From positions 3,840,001-3,904,000 of the forward strand of contig CBDIID010000003.1 of the NCBI GenBank assembly GCA_965279515.1: a stretch of DNA of 64,000 nucleotides, in the 5' to 3' direction. Every line of letters begins with the position of its first letter. Within the stretch, counting starts at the first letter, position 1. The position numbers and the translations under genes are program-made. The stretch is from Turneriella sp. (GTDB taxonomy: Bacteria > Spirochaetota > Leptospiria > Turneriellales > Turneriellaceae). The notes below the pieces were generated by a model. The model did not search any database. It saw only the letters and a list, made by a program, of their open reading frames with translations, and had not been told where the DNA came from. Shown here in pieces: positions 50,196 to 59,689 of the stretch.

Positions 50196-52871
50196 ATGCC
50201 GCTTTCCGGTGACCCCCGCCCCGACGCCGACCTGCTGCTTTCTGCCATCAATAAGGCAGAAGGCGGCAGGCGCGGGCGTTTAAGAATTTTTTTCGGCATG
50301 GCAGCGGGCGTAGGTAAAACCTACGCCATGCTGCGTACGGCGCACCGCATGAAAAATGATGGTATCGACGTCGTCGTCGGCTTTGTCGAGACCCATGGTC
50401 GCCGCCAAACTGAAACCATGCTGACGGGGCTTGAGGTCATTCCGCGCGCGAAGGTTGTCTACCAGAATGTCACGCTCGAAGAATTCGATCTCAACGCGGC
50501 GCTCGAACGTAAGCCCCACACCATCATCGTCGACGAGTTGCCGCATACGAATGCGCCCTCGATGCGCCACCCCAAAAGATACCAGGATATCCTCGAGCTT
50601 CTCGATGCGGGTATCCATGTCATGACGGCATTCAACGTACAACACCTCGAGAGCGTCGCCGATTCCGTAGAGGCGATTACGAACGTACATGTGCAGGAAC
50701 GCGTCCCGGACAGCTTTGTCGATATCGCGAGCGACATCGAACTCGTCGATCTTGTGCCCGAAGAACTCATCAAACGCCTCGAAGAGGGTAAAATCTACGC
50801 CCGCGACAAGGCAGAGCAGGCCGCGAACAACTTCTTCCGCAAAGGCAACCTCACCGCATTGCGCGAGATGTCTCTCCATTTCACCGCTAACTTTGTCGAC
50901 CAGGAGCTGCAGGACTACCGCACGCTCAAAAATATCGGCAACAAGTGGAAAACGGCGGAGCGCCTGCTCGTGGCCGTGAGCCCCAGTCAAAGCGGCGAAC
51001 ACCTGATACGCATGGCGCGCCAGCGTGCCTTTGAGCTCAAAGGCCGCTGGCTTGCGGTGCACATCGATCTGGGGCGTTCGCTGACACCCGCTGCGCAAAA
51101 AATACTCATGCAGAACCTGAACCTGGCGCGCGAGCTCGGCGCCGAGGTTATTCAGGTGCGCGACACGGATGTCGTGTCGGGTCTCGTCAGGCTCGCACGG
51201 CAGAAGAACGTCACGCAGATTATTTTGGGCAAAACTCCCCAGACCTTATGGCAGAAGATTACCGGGCGTTCGATGCTCGACCGGCTCATGGCCGCGTCGG
51301 GCGATCTGGAAATCCACGTCTCCGGGAATTCTAAGGAAGAGAGGCCCGCGAACAATTTTATTTCCCGGCTAAATTTGACTTCGCCGCGCTGGCAGTATCT
51401 TTTGTCGGTCGGTGCGACCACACTGACGACGCTGCTTAGCTTTCCTCTCTATGGCATCATTGGGTATACGGCGATATCGCTGATCTACTTATCGGTAGTT
51501 TTGGCATTAGGTATGATGGTCGGCCGCGGCCCGTTGATCGTCGCGGCCACGATCAGCGCACTTTCCTGGGATTATTTTTTTATTCCGCCGCGCTATACAT
51601 TTTATGTCGGTAAGCTTGAAGATTTTCTGACGCTCGGCATCTATTTTATCGTCGCGATGACCATGGGTAATCTTATGGCGCGGCTGCGTCTCAGGGAACA
51701 CGTCCTCATGAGCCGTGAAGAGCGTGTAGCTGCGGTTTATAATTTCTCCCGGCTGCTCAGCCGGTCGACGAGTCTTGATGAGACCGTACAAAAAACAGCC
51801 GCGTTTATCAGTGAATTCTTTGCCGGCAGGATTTCCATTAACCTCAGGGACAAAAACGGAAAACTCGAACTACAACCCGCCGAAGGCTCAAACCGCAAGC
51901 TGAACCCGAAGGAAGTCAGCGTCGCTTTTTGGGCGTTTGAAAATAAAAAGCCGGCGGGCCGGCATACCGATACCCTACCACTTTCCGTCGGGACCTACTA
52001 TCCGTTAATTTCAACCGGGGGGATTGTCGGCGTTCTGGGCATCAGGCTTCCGAAAAGGCAAAGGCTCAGGCCCGATCAGGAAGAAATACTGTTCGCTTTT
52101 GTGAACCATGCCGCGATCACCATCGAACGCGATTTTCTCGCTTCGGAGAGGCGCCGCGCGCGCGTCGCCGAAGAATCCGAGAAGCTGCACGCGGCGATTT
52201 TGAACTCGATTTCCCACGAGCTGAGAACCCCCATTGCGGTGATACGCGGCGCGGTGTCCGCAATGCAGCTGAAATCCACGGAAAAAAACGCCGTGGCACA
52301 AGCGGAACTTTTAGGTGAGGTCGACATCGCCGCGCGTAAACTCAATGTGCTGGTGAGTAACCTTCTCGACATGAGCCGCATTGAAGCGGGCAAGATCAGG
52401 CTTAACCGTACGCTGTCAGACCTCCGTGACGTTATTCGCGAGACGGTGGAAAGACTGCAAAATGAGTTGACCGGGAACCGGATGCGCGTCGATTTTCAGG
52501 GAGAAGATTTTTCCTACCTCTGCGACCATACGCTTTTGCAGCAGGCGCTCATCAATATCATCGCCAATGCGACGACGCACAATAAGCCAGGCATAGACAT
52601 ATCGATTCTGTGTGCGGAGATCGGTCCAGAACAGTTGAAGATTATCATCACCGACAGCGGAACAGGCATACCGGACGAGATGCTGGATTCCATCTTTGAA
52701 AAATTTGTACGCTCGCCGGCTGCAAGTCCGGGCGGTACAGGGCTTGGATTACCGATTGCAAAATCCATCATTGAATTGCATGGCGGTTCGGTGACGGCAC
52801 ACAATAGACCTGAAGGCGGCGCCGCTTTTGAAATCCTGCTGCCGCGAAGCATCAAGCGCGAAGGAAATTAA
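50196..52871 (+). CDS. kdpD: Sensor histidine kinase KdpD
   Basis: GMAAGVGKTYAML, Usp-like domain, four TM helices, GAF, SHELRTP and GTGLGL motifs. Confidence 0.96.
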   Translation: MPLSGDPRPDADLLLSAINKAEGGRRGRLRIFFGMAAGVGKTYAMLRTAHRMKNDGIDVVVGFVETHGRRQTETMLTGLEVIPRAKVVYQNVTLEEFDLNAALERKPHTIIVDELPHTNAPSMRHPKRYQDILELLDAGIHVMTAFNVQHLESVADSVEAITNVHVQERVPDSFVDIASDIELVDLVPEELIKRLEEGKIYARDKAEQAANNFFRKGNLTALREMSLHFTANFVDQELQDYRTLKNIGNKWKTAERLLVAVSPSQSGEHLIRMARQRAFELKGRWLAVHIDLGRSLTPAAQKILMQNLNLARELGAEVIQVRDTDVVSGLVRLARQKNVTQIILGKTPQTLWQKITGRSMLDRLMAASGDLEIHVSGNSKEERPANNFISRLNLTSPRWQYLLSVGATTLTTLLSFPLYGIIGYTAISLIYLSVVLALGMMVGRGPLIVAATISALSWDYFFIPPRYTFYVGKLEDFLTLGIYFIVAMTMGNLMARLRLREHVLMSREERVAAVYNFSRLLSRSTSLDETVQKTAAFISEFFAGRISINLRDKNGKLELQPAEGSNRKLNPKEVSVAFWAFENKKPAGRHTDTLPLSVGTYYPLISTGGIVGVLGIRLPKRQRLRPDQEEILFAFVNHAAITIERDFLASERRRARVAEESEKLHAAILNSISHELRTPIAVIRGAVSAMQLKSTEKNAVAQAELLGEVDIAARKLNVLVSNLLDMSRIEAGKIRLNRTLSDLRDVIRETVERLQNELTGNRMRVDFQGEDFSYLCDHTLLQQALINIIANATTHNKPGIDISILCAEIGPEQLKIIITDSGTGIPDEMLDSIFEKFVRSPAASPGGTGLGLPIAKSIIELHGGSVTAHNRPEGGAAFEILLPRSIKREGN

Positions 52872-52872
52872 C

Positions 52873-53571
52873 ATGGCTATGATTCGTATCCTGACGATCG
52901 ACGACGAAAAGCAGATCAGGAAACTGCTGAAAATCGGGCTTGAAGCCGAGGGCTTTGCGGTTAGCGATGCTTCTGGCTCTGCCGAAGGACTGGATGCCGT
53001 CGTTAAACAAAAACCCGATCTGGTGCTGCTCGATCTGAACCTGCCCGACGGTTATGGTCTCGATCTTTTGAAACGCATCCGTGAATTTTCCGACGTGCCG
53101 GTGATCGTGCTTTCTGTCAAAGATAAAGAAGCGGATAAGATCGAGCTGCTCGAAGCCGGCGCCGACGACTACATCACGAAACCCTTCGGCATGGGCGAGT
53201 TGCTTGCGCGTATCCGCGCGATTCTGCGCAGGAATATTGTGCCGTCGAGCCTGCCGCGCTTTACTGCAGCGGGCCTCGAAATCGATTTCGAGCTGCGCGA
53301 GGTGACGGTTCACGGCGAAAAAATCCACCTCACGCCGACGGAGTATAACTTGCTCTGCCTATTGGCAAAAAACGCGGGTCGCGTTGTCACAACGCAGCAG
53401 ATCATGCGCGAAATCTGGGGCCCGGGGCTTTCGGGCGAAACAGGTTACCTGCGGGTCTATATTACGACGCTGCGCAAAAAAATCGAAAAAATTCCCGACG
53501 AGCCGGCGCTGCTCATCAACGAACCGGGTATCGGCTACCGTCTTGTCAGTTCCGGCCCGGTAGCTGGATAA
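52873..53571 (+). CDS. kdpE: Response regulator KdpE
   Basis: Receiver domain (DDE, LDLNLPD, KPF) plus winged helix (HLTPTEY, LRVYI..LR.K); follows kdpD. Confidence 0.93.
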   Translation: MAMIRILTIDDEKQIRKLLKIGLEAEGFAVSDASGSAEGLDAVVKQKPDLVLLDLNLPDGYGLDLLKRIREFSDVPVIVLSVKDKEADKIELLEAGADDYITKPFGMGELLARIRAILRRNIVPSSLPRFTAAGLEIDFELREVTVHGEKIHLTPTEYNLLCLLAKNAGRVVTTQQIMREIWGPGLSGETGYLRVYITTLRKKIEKIPDEPALLINEPGIGYRLVSSGPVAG

Positions 53572-54367
53572 AACGCGTATCGCGGCCCGCTTTTTTCCGT
53601 GCGTCAAAAATTTTGCGTGCACGCGAGTAGGGCGGCGCTTCGTTTTGCGGCAGCGTATCAAAATTGGCAATGAGGCACAGGCGCCCGGCCGCAATGATAT
53701 CTGGCATCGTCTTATTTGCCTGCGCCGTCTCTGCGGCGGCGAAGGCCCGCGCGGCATCAGAGAACAGCGGTTTGCCATCGGAATTTTTCAGCTTCAAAAG
53801 CCGGTAGTTTTCTTCGACGACTTTGAGATCGACGATAAAAATCTTCGGCAGCGCGCGCATACTTTTCAGGTCAGAAAGTTCCAGGGCGCTGACGCCGCGC
53901 AGATCGTGGGGATTGACCACGGCGGCGCAGCTCTCGGCGAGAGGGATTTTTTCCCGACCCGATAGCGCGCGCACTTCGTCGAACAGGGAGGTGCCACCCA
54001 GCACGCGCTGCCTGTGCACGATGCCCGCGGGGTTTGCCAACGTTGCAAAAAACAGCAGCGACGTCAGAGCTGCAAGAGCAGAGAGTATTCGCAATACGCG
54101 TGGCGACTGCCGTATCAATCCCGGCAGGTGCAGCATCACCAGCAGCAGACAGCTGAGGTGTACACCCAGCGGCCGGATGATCTGTAAGGCAACGGGGGAA
54201 TAATATTCGTCGAGCAGCAACGCGGCGTCGCGCAGCCGGTATCCCCATGCTATACCAAAGCTGATTTTCCCCTGCGCCGCCAGCGTCAGAGTATTTTCAT
54301 GCGGCCATAACACCAGGGTCACATATACGGCAATGAAAAGAGAAATAGCAAAAAGGAAGCGGATCAT
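53546..54367 (-). CDS. Hypothetical membrane protein, last gene of the bufferin-like operon
   Basis: Three hydrophobic segments followed by a soluble domain; ATGA overlap with the anti-sigma gene. Confidence 0.6.
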   Translation of the reverse strand: MIRFLFAISLFIAVYVTLVLWPHENTLTLAAQGKISFGIAWGYRLRDAALLLDEYYSPVALQIIRPLGVHLSCLLLVMLHLPGLIRQSPRVLRILSALAALTSLLFFATLANPAGIVHRQRVLGGTSLFDEVRALSGREKIPLAESCAAVVNPHDLRGVSALELSDLKSMRALPKIFIVDLKVVEENYRLLKLKNSDGKPLFSDAARAFAAAETAQANKTMPDIIAAGRLCLIANFDTLPQNEAPPYSRARKIFDARKKAGRDTRFIQLPGRN

Positions 54368-54618
54368 TCCGGGTTGTGTAGTTTACCCTGAATGTGCCGG
54401 CGCATCGCCGGTGGCATCGGTTGCTGCCGGGCAGGCGCCGTCAGCAGCCCGCGGATTTTCTTCATCTGAGCCAGAAAGCGGCGGCAATAGACGCATTCAA
54501 TGCGGTGCCACAGCATACGCAGCCGGTCACGGAAAACAATCTTCTTTTCAAAACCCGCCGAGGCGAGTTTTGTGAATTCTTCGCAGGGCATACGTATGAG
54601 CGGTTTTTTCTCAGCCAA
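54364..54618 (-). CDS. Zinc-binding anti-sigma factor (zf-HC2/ZAS)
   Basis: C...HRIECVYC (HxxxCxxC); directly downstream of the ECF sigma. Confidence 0.85.
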   Translation of the reverse strand: MAEKKPLIRMPCEEFTKLASAGFEKKIVFRDRLRMLWHRIECVYCRRFLAQMKKIRGLLTAPARQQPMPPAMRRHIQGKLHNPE

Positions 54619-55171
54619 CAGAGGCTCCCTTAAAACCGGCGGCTTCGAGGCAGCTTCTTAAATGCATGCGGGCACGGTAAAGCATGACGTTGAGATTGGT
54701 CGCCGTTACCGCAAGCTGCTTACAGATTTCCGGAGTCTCTTCGTTGTCAAGTTCGCGCAACACAACCGCCGCCCGCATCGCAGTCGGAAGCTTACGGATG
54801 CAGTCGTATAGATAGGCACGTAGCTCGTCGTCCTCGAGTTTTTCGAGCGGTGATTTTTCCCAGGCTTTGGGCACGCGTGTTTTTTCCCAGTGCCGGTTTT
54901 CACCGAAATAATCATCGTCGTCTGTGTGATCGGTCGCCTGGTTTTTGACCTCCCTGGCCCGCGCACGGTAGAGATCGATGATCTTGAATTTCAGTATGCC
55001 GATCAGCCAGGTGCGCTCGCTCGAGCGCCCGGCGAAGGTGCCGGCATTTTTAATGGCGGCGAGCAGCGTGTCCTGGATACAATCCTGGATGTCGTCGTCG
55101 CTGTCGACGCGGGTGCGGGCAAAGGCATAGAGTGCGTCGCCGTGGTTTTGCAGAAGATCGCTGGCGTTCAT
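54611..55171 (-). CDS. ECF RNA polymerase sigma factor
   Basis: D..QDT and RSSERTWLIGILKFKIID (region 2); EIC..L.VT..N..VMLYRAR..LR.CL (region 4). Confidence 0.93.
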   Translation of the reverse strand: MNASDLLQNHGDALYAFARTRVDSDDDIQDCIQDTLLAAIKNAGTFAGRSSERTWLIGILKFKIIDLYRARAREVKNQATDHTDDDDYFGENRHWEKTRVPKAWEKSPLEKLEDDELRAYLYDCIRKLPTAMRAAVVLRELDNEETPEICKQLAVTATNLNVMLYRARMHLRSCLEAAGFKGASVG

Positions 55172-56673
55172 ATGAGTATGCCGGGGAGCCCCAGAATGCG
55201 GAAAAGTCGTTTCACCGCCGCGGCCGACAACCGCTTTTCGGCCTCAGCAGTTTTGAGCAGGTTTTCCAGATAGCAGGGCTTTTTCAGCGCGGCGAGAAAT
55301 TCGAGCTCCGGTGCGCTGAGCGGAGCTTCTTTGACGGCAAAATGATCGCGGTAGAGAATGGTGCCGGGTTGGCCGGGAATAAATTGCAGCAATTTCGAGA
55401 GCCTGACCTTTTGCGCAAAGGGGTCGCCCAGCGCCGCGCCGGCAGCGTGGCAAAAAAGATCGTAGCGCAGTAAATCGAAGCGCGCGGCAGTGTGCCAGCT
55501 TTTTTGGGCAGGATAGTTCTTTTTGAGGAATGCCGGCATCGTGCGGCCGTATTCCCCGAGATCTTCTGAATGCGAGATCACTTGAGCCGCATGGCGGCTG
55601 CAGATTTTCGCAAACTGGCGGGGGCCTGCCGTCGCCGCAAGGCGTATAAACTTTTCCGTTAAGGCCGAGGTCAGGCGTATGGCGTATGCGTTGCGGTAAA
55701 CCCTTTGCACGCCGCGCACTGACAAGGTGCCGGCGGAGCGTTCTTTTTTTTCAGCCGGTCGAGTGTAGATGGTCTTTTGCCAGCGCGTTTCGCGGGATAA
55801 CGAATGCCCAGGCTTCACCGGCAGCGAATACAGCGGCTTTATACCCTCGGAAAATTTTTCGGGCATGGGTGTGGGTGAAAGCGCCGCCGTACGCAGCAGC
55901 TCTCTTTCCAGCACCGGGAATGCCGGAATCCGGTCGTCGCGCTCCAGGCTCAGGGGGAAATCCCCCAGGTGCTGCTTTGCTTCGCGGTAGAGTTTCAGCA
56001 CCGGCGCATGGATCTTTGCCGCGTGCGTGTCAAAGAGGTGCGTGCCGAGATCGGTGAAACCCGCGAGATGGTACTGGGCAACATGACGGGGATCAATCCC
56101 CCTCAGAAAACGACGCGCATTGAAACGGAAATTGGCCGCGTTCACGTAAATATTGTTGATATCGAGCAAAAGTTTGCAGCCGCTGGCTCTTGCCACGCTA
56201 TTCAGGAATTCGGGTTCGCTCATTTCATTGTGTGGAAACGCGGCGTATGCGGAAATGTTTTCGAAAACAAGCGGCCGTTTCAGATAGTTTTGTGCTTTGT
56301 CGATGTTCGCCGTTATTTTCTGAACCATCGCATGGGTCAGCGGCAAGGGTAAGAGCTCGTGGTACTGGTGACGGCCAAACCGGGAAAAACAAAAATGGTC
56401 TGAGATCTGAAAAGGTTCGATGCGGTCGGCAAGCGCCTTGATTTTTTTCAGGTGTTCGTTGCGCAAACCGTCGACGCTGCCGATGGAAAGGGCTACGCCG
56501 TGCAGCGCGACCGGGTAGCGTTCGCGGATTTTCCCGAGCACATACAGGGGCGCTCCCGCTGTATTAATGAAGTTCTCAGTGATAGCCTCAAACCAGTGGA
56601 TTCTGGTTTGAGGGTTTTTCAACAGATAGTTGAAATGCCCGGTCCGCAGACCGAGCCCGATTTTTTCCGTCAC
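55168..56673 (-). CDS. DUF692 / MNIO RiPP maturase fused to a C-terminal DUF2063-like domain
   Basis: GLGLR, E...EN, HGV.LSIG, SDH, EN, LLLDINN, HLAG, DTH and LERD motifs; then VYRNAY..RL..AL. Confidence 0.88.
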   Translation of the reverse strand: MTEKIGLGLRTGHFNYLLKNPQTRIHWFEAITENFINTAGAPLYVLGKIRERYPVALHGVALSIGSVDGLRNEHLKKIKALADRIEPFQISDHFCFSRFGRHQYHELLPLPLTHAMVQKITANIDKAQNYLKRPLVFENISAYAAFPHNEMSEPEFLNSVARASGCKLLLDINNIYVNAANFRFNARRFLRGIDPRHVAQYHLAGFTDLGTHLFDTHAAKIHAPVLKLYREAKQHLGDFPLSLERDDRIPAFPVLERELLRTAALSPTPMPEKFSEGIKPLYSLPVKPGHSLSRETRWQKTIYTRPAEKKERSAGTLSVRGVQRVYRNAYAIRLTSALTEKFIRLAATAGPRQFAKICSRHAAQVISHSEDLGEYGRTMPAFLKKNYPAQKSWHTAARFDLLRYDLFCHAAGAALGDPFAQKVRLSKLLQFIPGQPGTILYRDHFAVKEAPLSAPELEFLAALKKPCYLENLLKTAEAEKRLSAAAVKRLFRILGLPGILI

Positions 56674-56933
56674 ATCTCCATGGAGAGTGGTTTGAATTTA
56701 CCTTTCTTGGCCTTGCATTGTGCCTCGCTCATCTTTTTCCAACCCTGGCCTTTGCAGGCGTTCTGGCCGCCGCAGCTGTGGTCTTTATTGCCGCAGTCGC
56801 CCTGGCCTTTACAGCCATTGATGCCATGGCATTCGCCTTCTTTGGCTTTATCCTTGGCTTCTTTGGCGCCGATGCCGCCTGCCAGTGCGAGGCCAGCCAG
56901 CGCAGCCCCCATAAAAAGACTCGATTTTTTCAT
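56670..56933 (-). CDS. Exported Cys-rich RiPP precursor (bufferin BufA2-like)
   Basis: AGGAG RBS; Sec signal; six Cys in CHGINGCKGQGDC...SCGGQNACKGQG...C; GTGA overlap with the MNIO gene. Confidence 0.85.
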   Translation of the reverse strand: MKKSSLFMGAALAGLALAGGIGAKEAKDKAKEGECHGINGCKGQGDCGNKDHSCGGQNACKGQGWKKMSEAQCKAKKGKFKPLSMEM

Positions 56934-56961
56934 AGTTTCTCCTGTTTACGAATTTATTGAA

Positions 56962-56990
56962 TTGGTCAACCCAGATCTCTGAATCTTACA
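56962..56990 (-). promoter_or_regulatory. Candidate ECF-dependent promoter of the bufferin-like operon
   Basis: Minus strand TGTAAGATT-N13-TGACCAA, ending 29 nt before the precursor ATG. Confidence 0.5.
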
Positions 56991-57024
56991 ATCTGACTTA
57001 GCGCGCCAAGCCGTTTTATGGTCT

Positions 57025-57128
57025 GGAAGTTCTGAAAAAGTCTGGGCCGACTCTCATGACAGTCGGCCGAGCGGATACGCGCATTTGCAGACAAATGCGC
57101 TCCTAATTTTTGATTTTTCAGAACTTCC
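57025..57128. mobile_element. MITE-like / structured palindromic element (104 bp)
   Basis: Perfect 15-bp inverted repeats GGAAGTTCTGAAAAA / TTTTTCAGAACTTCC enclosing two hairpins. Confidence 0.55.
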
Positions 57129-57223
57129 CTCCTTAATTTGATAGCCGCTGCATCGGGCCCCCTAATATGTAACCTTCGCGTTTGCGGCGTGATTTTTGCA
57201 AGGCGGGGGATAAGTTGAGTTCG

Positions 57224-58486
57224 ATGTCATATTTTTTGAAGCGGCGGGTTTTCTACCTGATAATCATCGCTGCGGCAGCGTTGAGTTACTGCACTTCAGG
57301 CCAGACGCGGGTGGTGAATGGTGCGGCCACGCAGCCGAATACAAAGGCCGAGGTCGGGGGCGTTGAGACGATTTACGCCACGCCGATTACCCAGGCGGAT
57401 AAATCGCGTTTCTACGACTGCTCCGAATATTCACCGGCGACGTATGGCTGGCGCTCAGAAACCGCCGACTTTGACGTCTTTAATGAAAAGCTGAACGATA
57501 AGCGCAGGTTTTACCTGACCGAAGAGAGCGGTTATCCCTTCGTCGTCGGCTACCATAATCTCGACCGCGTCAAACCCGGCATCACCTGGATGGTTGGCCT
57601 GCGCGGCGAGTCATCCGGCTTTCATAAATCTTCAGTCACCAAGGGCATCCTGAAAATGATGGCAGATCTGCCTAACGCGGCGATGATCACGATCGACGAA
57701 TACAAATACAAGTACGCGAAAAACCCGCCCGCGACGAACCGGCCGCTGCACCCGATCTGTCACCGCACCTATTATCCCGAAGGCAAAATCCACACCGAAA
57801 TTCCGGCGTTCCGCAACGGCGGCGGCATACGCCTTCTGAAGCGCGCGCTACCCGCGCCGAACCCGATCGTGATCATGGCCTACAGCAATTCGACGACGCC
57901 GCGCGGTGAGCTCTTGTCGCGTGTCTTGCTTACCGAAGAAAAGCTGGATTATAAGCATTTCGGTGACCCGAAACAATTTCTTGCCGATTACATTTCAAAA
58001 ACCGGTTTCAACGATGCAGTCTATGGCGGCATTAAGGGTTTCATCGATATTGAAGGCAACTACGAATATAACAAGTCACTTTGGGACTTGTTGGCTTATA
58101 TCAAGCTTGAGATAGACACGAATCCGAATAAGTTCTATTATAGCGCGATGCGCATAGAAAAATTCGACGCCTACCCGGTGCAGACGACGATGATACGCGC
58201 GCTGGGGCTCAAGGGGGTCGAAGACGAACATGGCATCATCCGTTTCACAAACCCGGCAGGCAATGTCATTATCGACATGGTGACGAACCACTTCCAGCCG
58301 TATTATTCGGGGGTCGGCGGTGACGTGCGCAAGAACACAGATATGAAAACGTACCCGGGGACTGTGCGTCGAACGCGCAGCGACCACTACATGTTAGGGC
58401 CATTCATCCATAGGCGTTTACTCGAAACGACGCCGTTTCTGAAGAAAGAAGCCCAGCAGCCGGCGGCAACGGCGGGCGCGTCTTAA
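57224..58486 (+). CDS. Hypothetical lipoprotein
   Basis: Signal with lipobox LSYC; long ORF with typical codon usage; no family recognised. Confidence 0.65.
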   Translation: MSYFLKRRVFYLIIIAAAALSYCTSGQTRVVNGAATQPNTKAEVGGVETIYATPITQADKSRFYDCSEYSPATYGWRSETADFDVFNEKLNDKRRFYLTEESGYPFVVGYHNLDRVKPGITWMVGLRGESSGFHKSSVTKGILKMMADLPNAAMITIDEYKYKYAKNPPATNRPLHPICHRTYYPEGKIHTEIPAFRNGGGIRLLKRALPAPNPIVIMAYSNSTTPRGELLSRVLLTEEKLDYKHFGDPKQFLADYISKTGFNDAVYGGIKGFIDIEGNYEYNKSLWDLLAYIKLEIDTNPNKFYYSAMRIEKFDAYPVQTTMIRALGLKGVEDEHGIIRFTNPAGNVIIDMVTNHFQPYYSGVGGDVRKNTDMKTYPGTVRRTRSDHYMLGPFIHRRLLETTPFLKKEAQQPAATAGAS

Positions 58487-58495
58487 AGGTTCAAC

Positions 58496-59689
58496 ATGGC
58501 CACGCGGCTTCTGCAGGGGATTCATTTCAGGGCGATTCATCTCACCCTGCTTGTCGTTGTTTCATGCGGCGCGCACTGCGCGACGCGGGCGTCGCTGAAG
58601 GTGACGCGCGAGCACCGTAACTTTCTCGAAGAAATCGGCAGCAGCAGCTATTCGAATAACAGTATCAACCGCCTGTTCACACGGCTCGATGAAAAGGGCA
58701 ACAAGATCTGCGACATGATCTTTCAGTATGCCGAGTACGACGAAGCTGTGGCCAGGGATTTTTCTGAGACACTGGACTTTCGCAAGAAAAAAGGCCAGAT
58801 GTGGTATAACAACATACTGCCGTCGCTGATTGCGGGCTGTGCGAATTTTTATAAGATGAATGACCGCGGCGTGCATAAGGTGTTCCGTATTCTCGAAGAG
58901 CTCTACCCCGAAGATAAGGACTGTTTCACGGTGGGTTTTTCACAGTACTATATGATGCTGCAGGAGATGCGCTGCGGCCGCGTCGTCTCGGTGGATGCCG
59001 ACTGGCGTATTCTCAAGGCCCACTATGATTTCCACGAACTCGTGCGCAATAAAACCCCCGATGCGGATACGGTTTCGCTGTTAAAGGCGCTGCCCCTGCA
59101 CTGGGTCGCGCATTTTGATTATATACCGCAACTTGAAGAAGAAATCACCGAATATACCTTCTGTACGCCAACCGAACAAAAAAACTGCTTACGCGCCTTT
59201 GAGCACTTTACGGCCTTGCCCGAAATCAAACGTACCGAGCTCATGCTGGGATTCATCCACGATTCGCAGTTTCCTCCCAAAGACAAAAATCTGAGTGTCA
59301 TTTTTATGAGCAATGCGCTCGATTGGGAATATACCACGCTCGAGCAGTTCGACAAACTGCACTCCAGCGCCCGCGGGTATCTTGCTGTCGGGCAGAAGAT
59401 CGCGATTGTCTACCAAGCGGGCGACAGTGAAGATATCGTCGTCTATGAACTCGCGAAAACAGATTCCGACGAACTCAATGTGTCGATTCGCTGCCGCGAT
59501 AATATCCGCTGGTCTGACCAATATGCGCTCGACCTGCGCGGCAAACCATTCAACACCTATTTCGACGACCTGCTCGACCGCCCGTCGCTGAAGGGTATCC
59601 CGCGTTGCCATGCCCGCGGTACCAAGAACTACAACGATCCGAAAAAATCGAAAAAATATATCGAAGATCAGAAGAAGAAAAAGACATAG
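58496..59689 (+). CDS. Hypothetical exported protein, possible SAM-dependent fold
   Basis: Signal/lipobox-like N-terminus; VSVDAD..I..AH and FMSNALDW motifs shared with 60487-62220. Confidence 0.6.
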   Translation: MATRLLQGIHFRAIHLTLLVVVSCGAHCATRASLKVTREHRNFLEEIGSSSYSNNSINRLFTRLDEKGNKICDMIFQYAEYDEAVARDFSETLDFRKKKGQMWYNNILPSLIAGCANFYKMNDRGVHKVFRILEELYPEDKDCFTVGFSQYYMMLQEMRCGRVVSVDADWRILKAHYDFHELVRNKTPDADTVSLLKALPLHWVAHFDYIPQLEEEITEYTFCTPTEQKNCLRAFEHFTALPEIKRTELMLGFIHDSQFPPKDKNLSVIFMSNALDWEYTTLEQFDKLHSSARGYLAVGQKIAIVYQAGDSEDIVVYELAKTDSDELNVSIRCRDNIRWSDQYALDLRGKPFNTYFDDLLDRPSLKGIPRCHARGTKNYNDPKKSKKYIEDQKKKKT

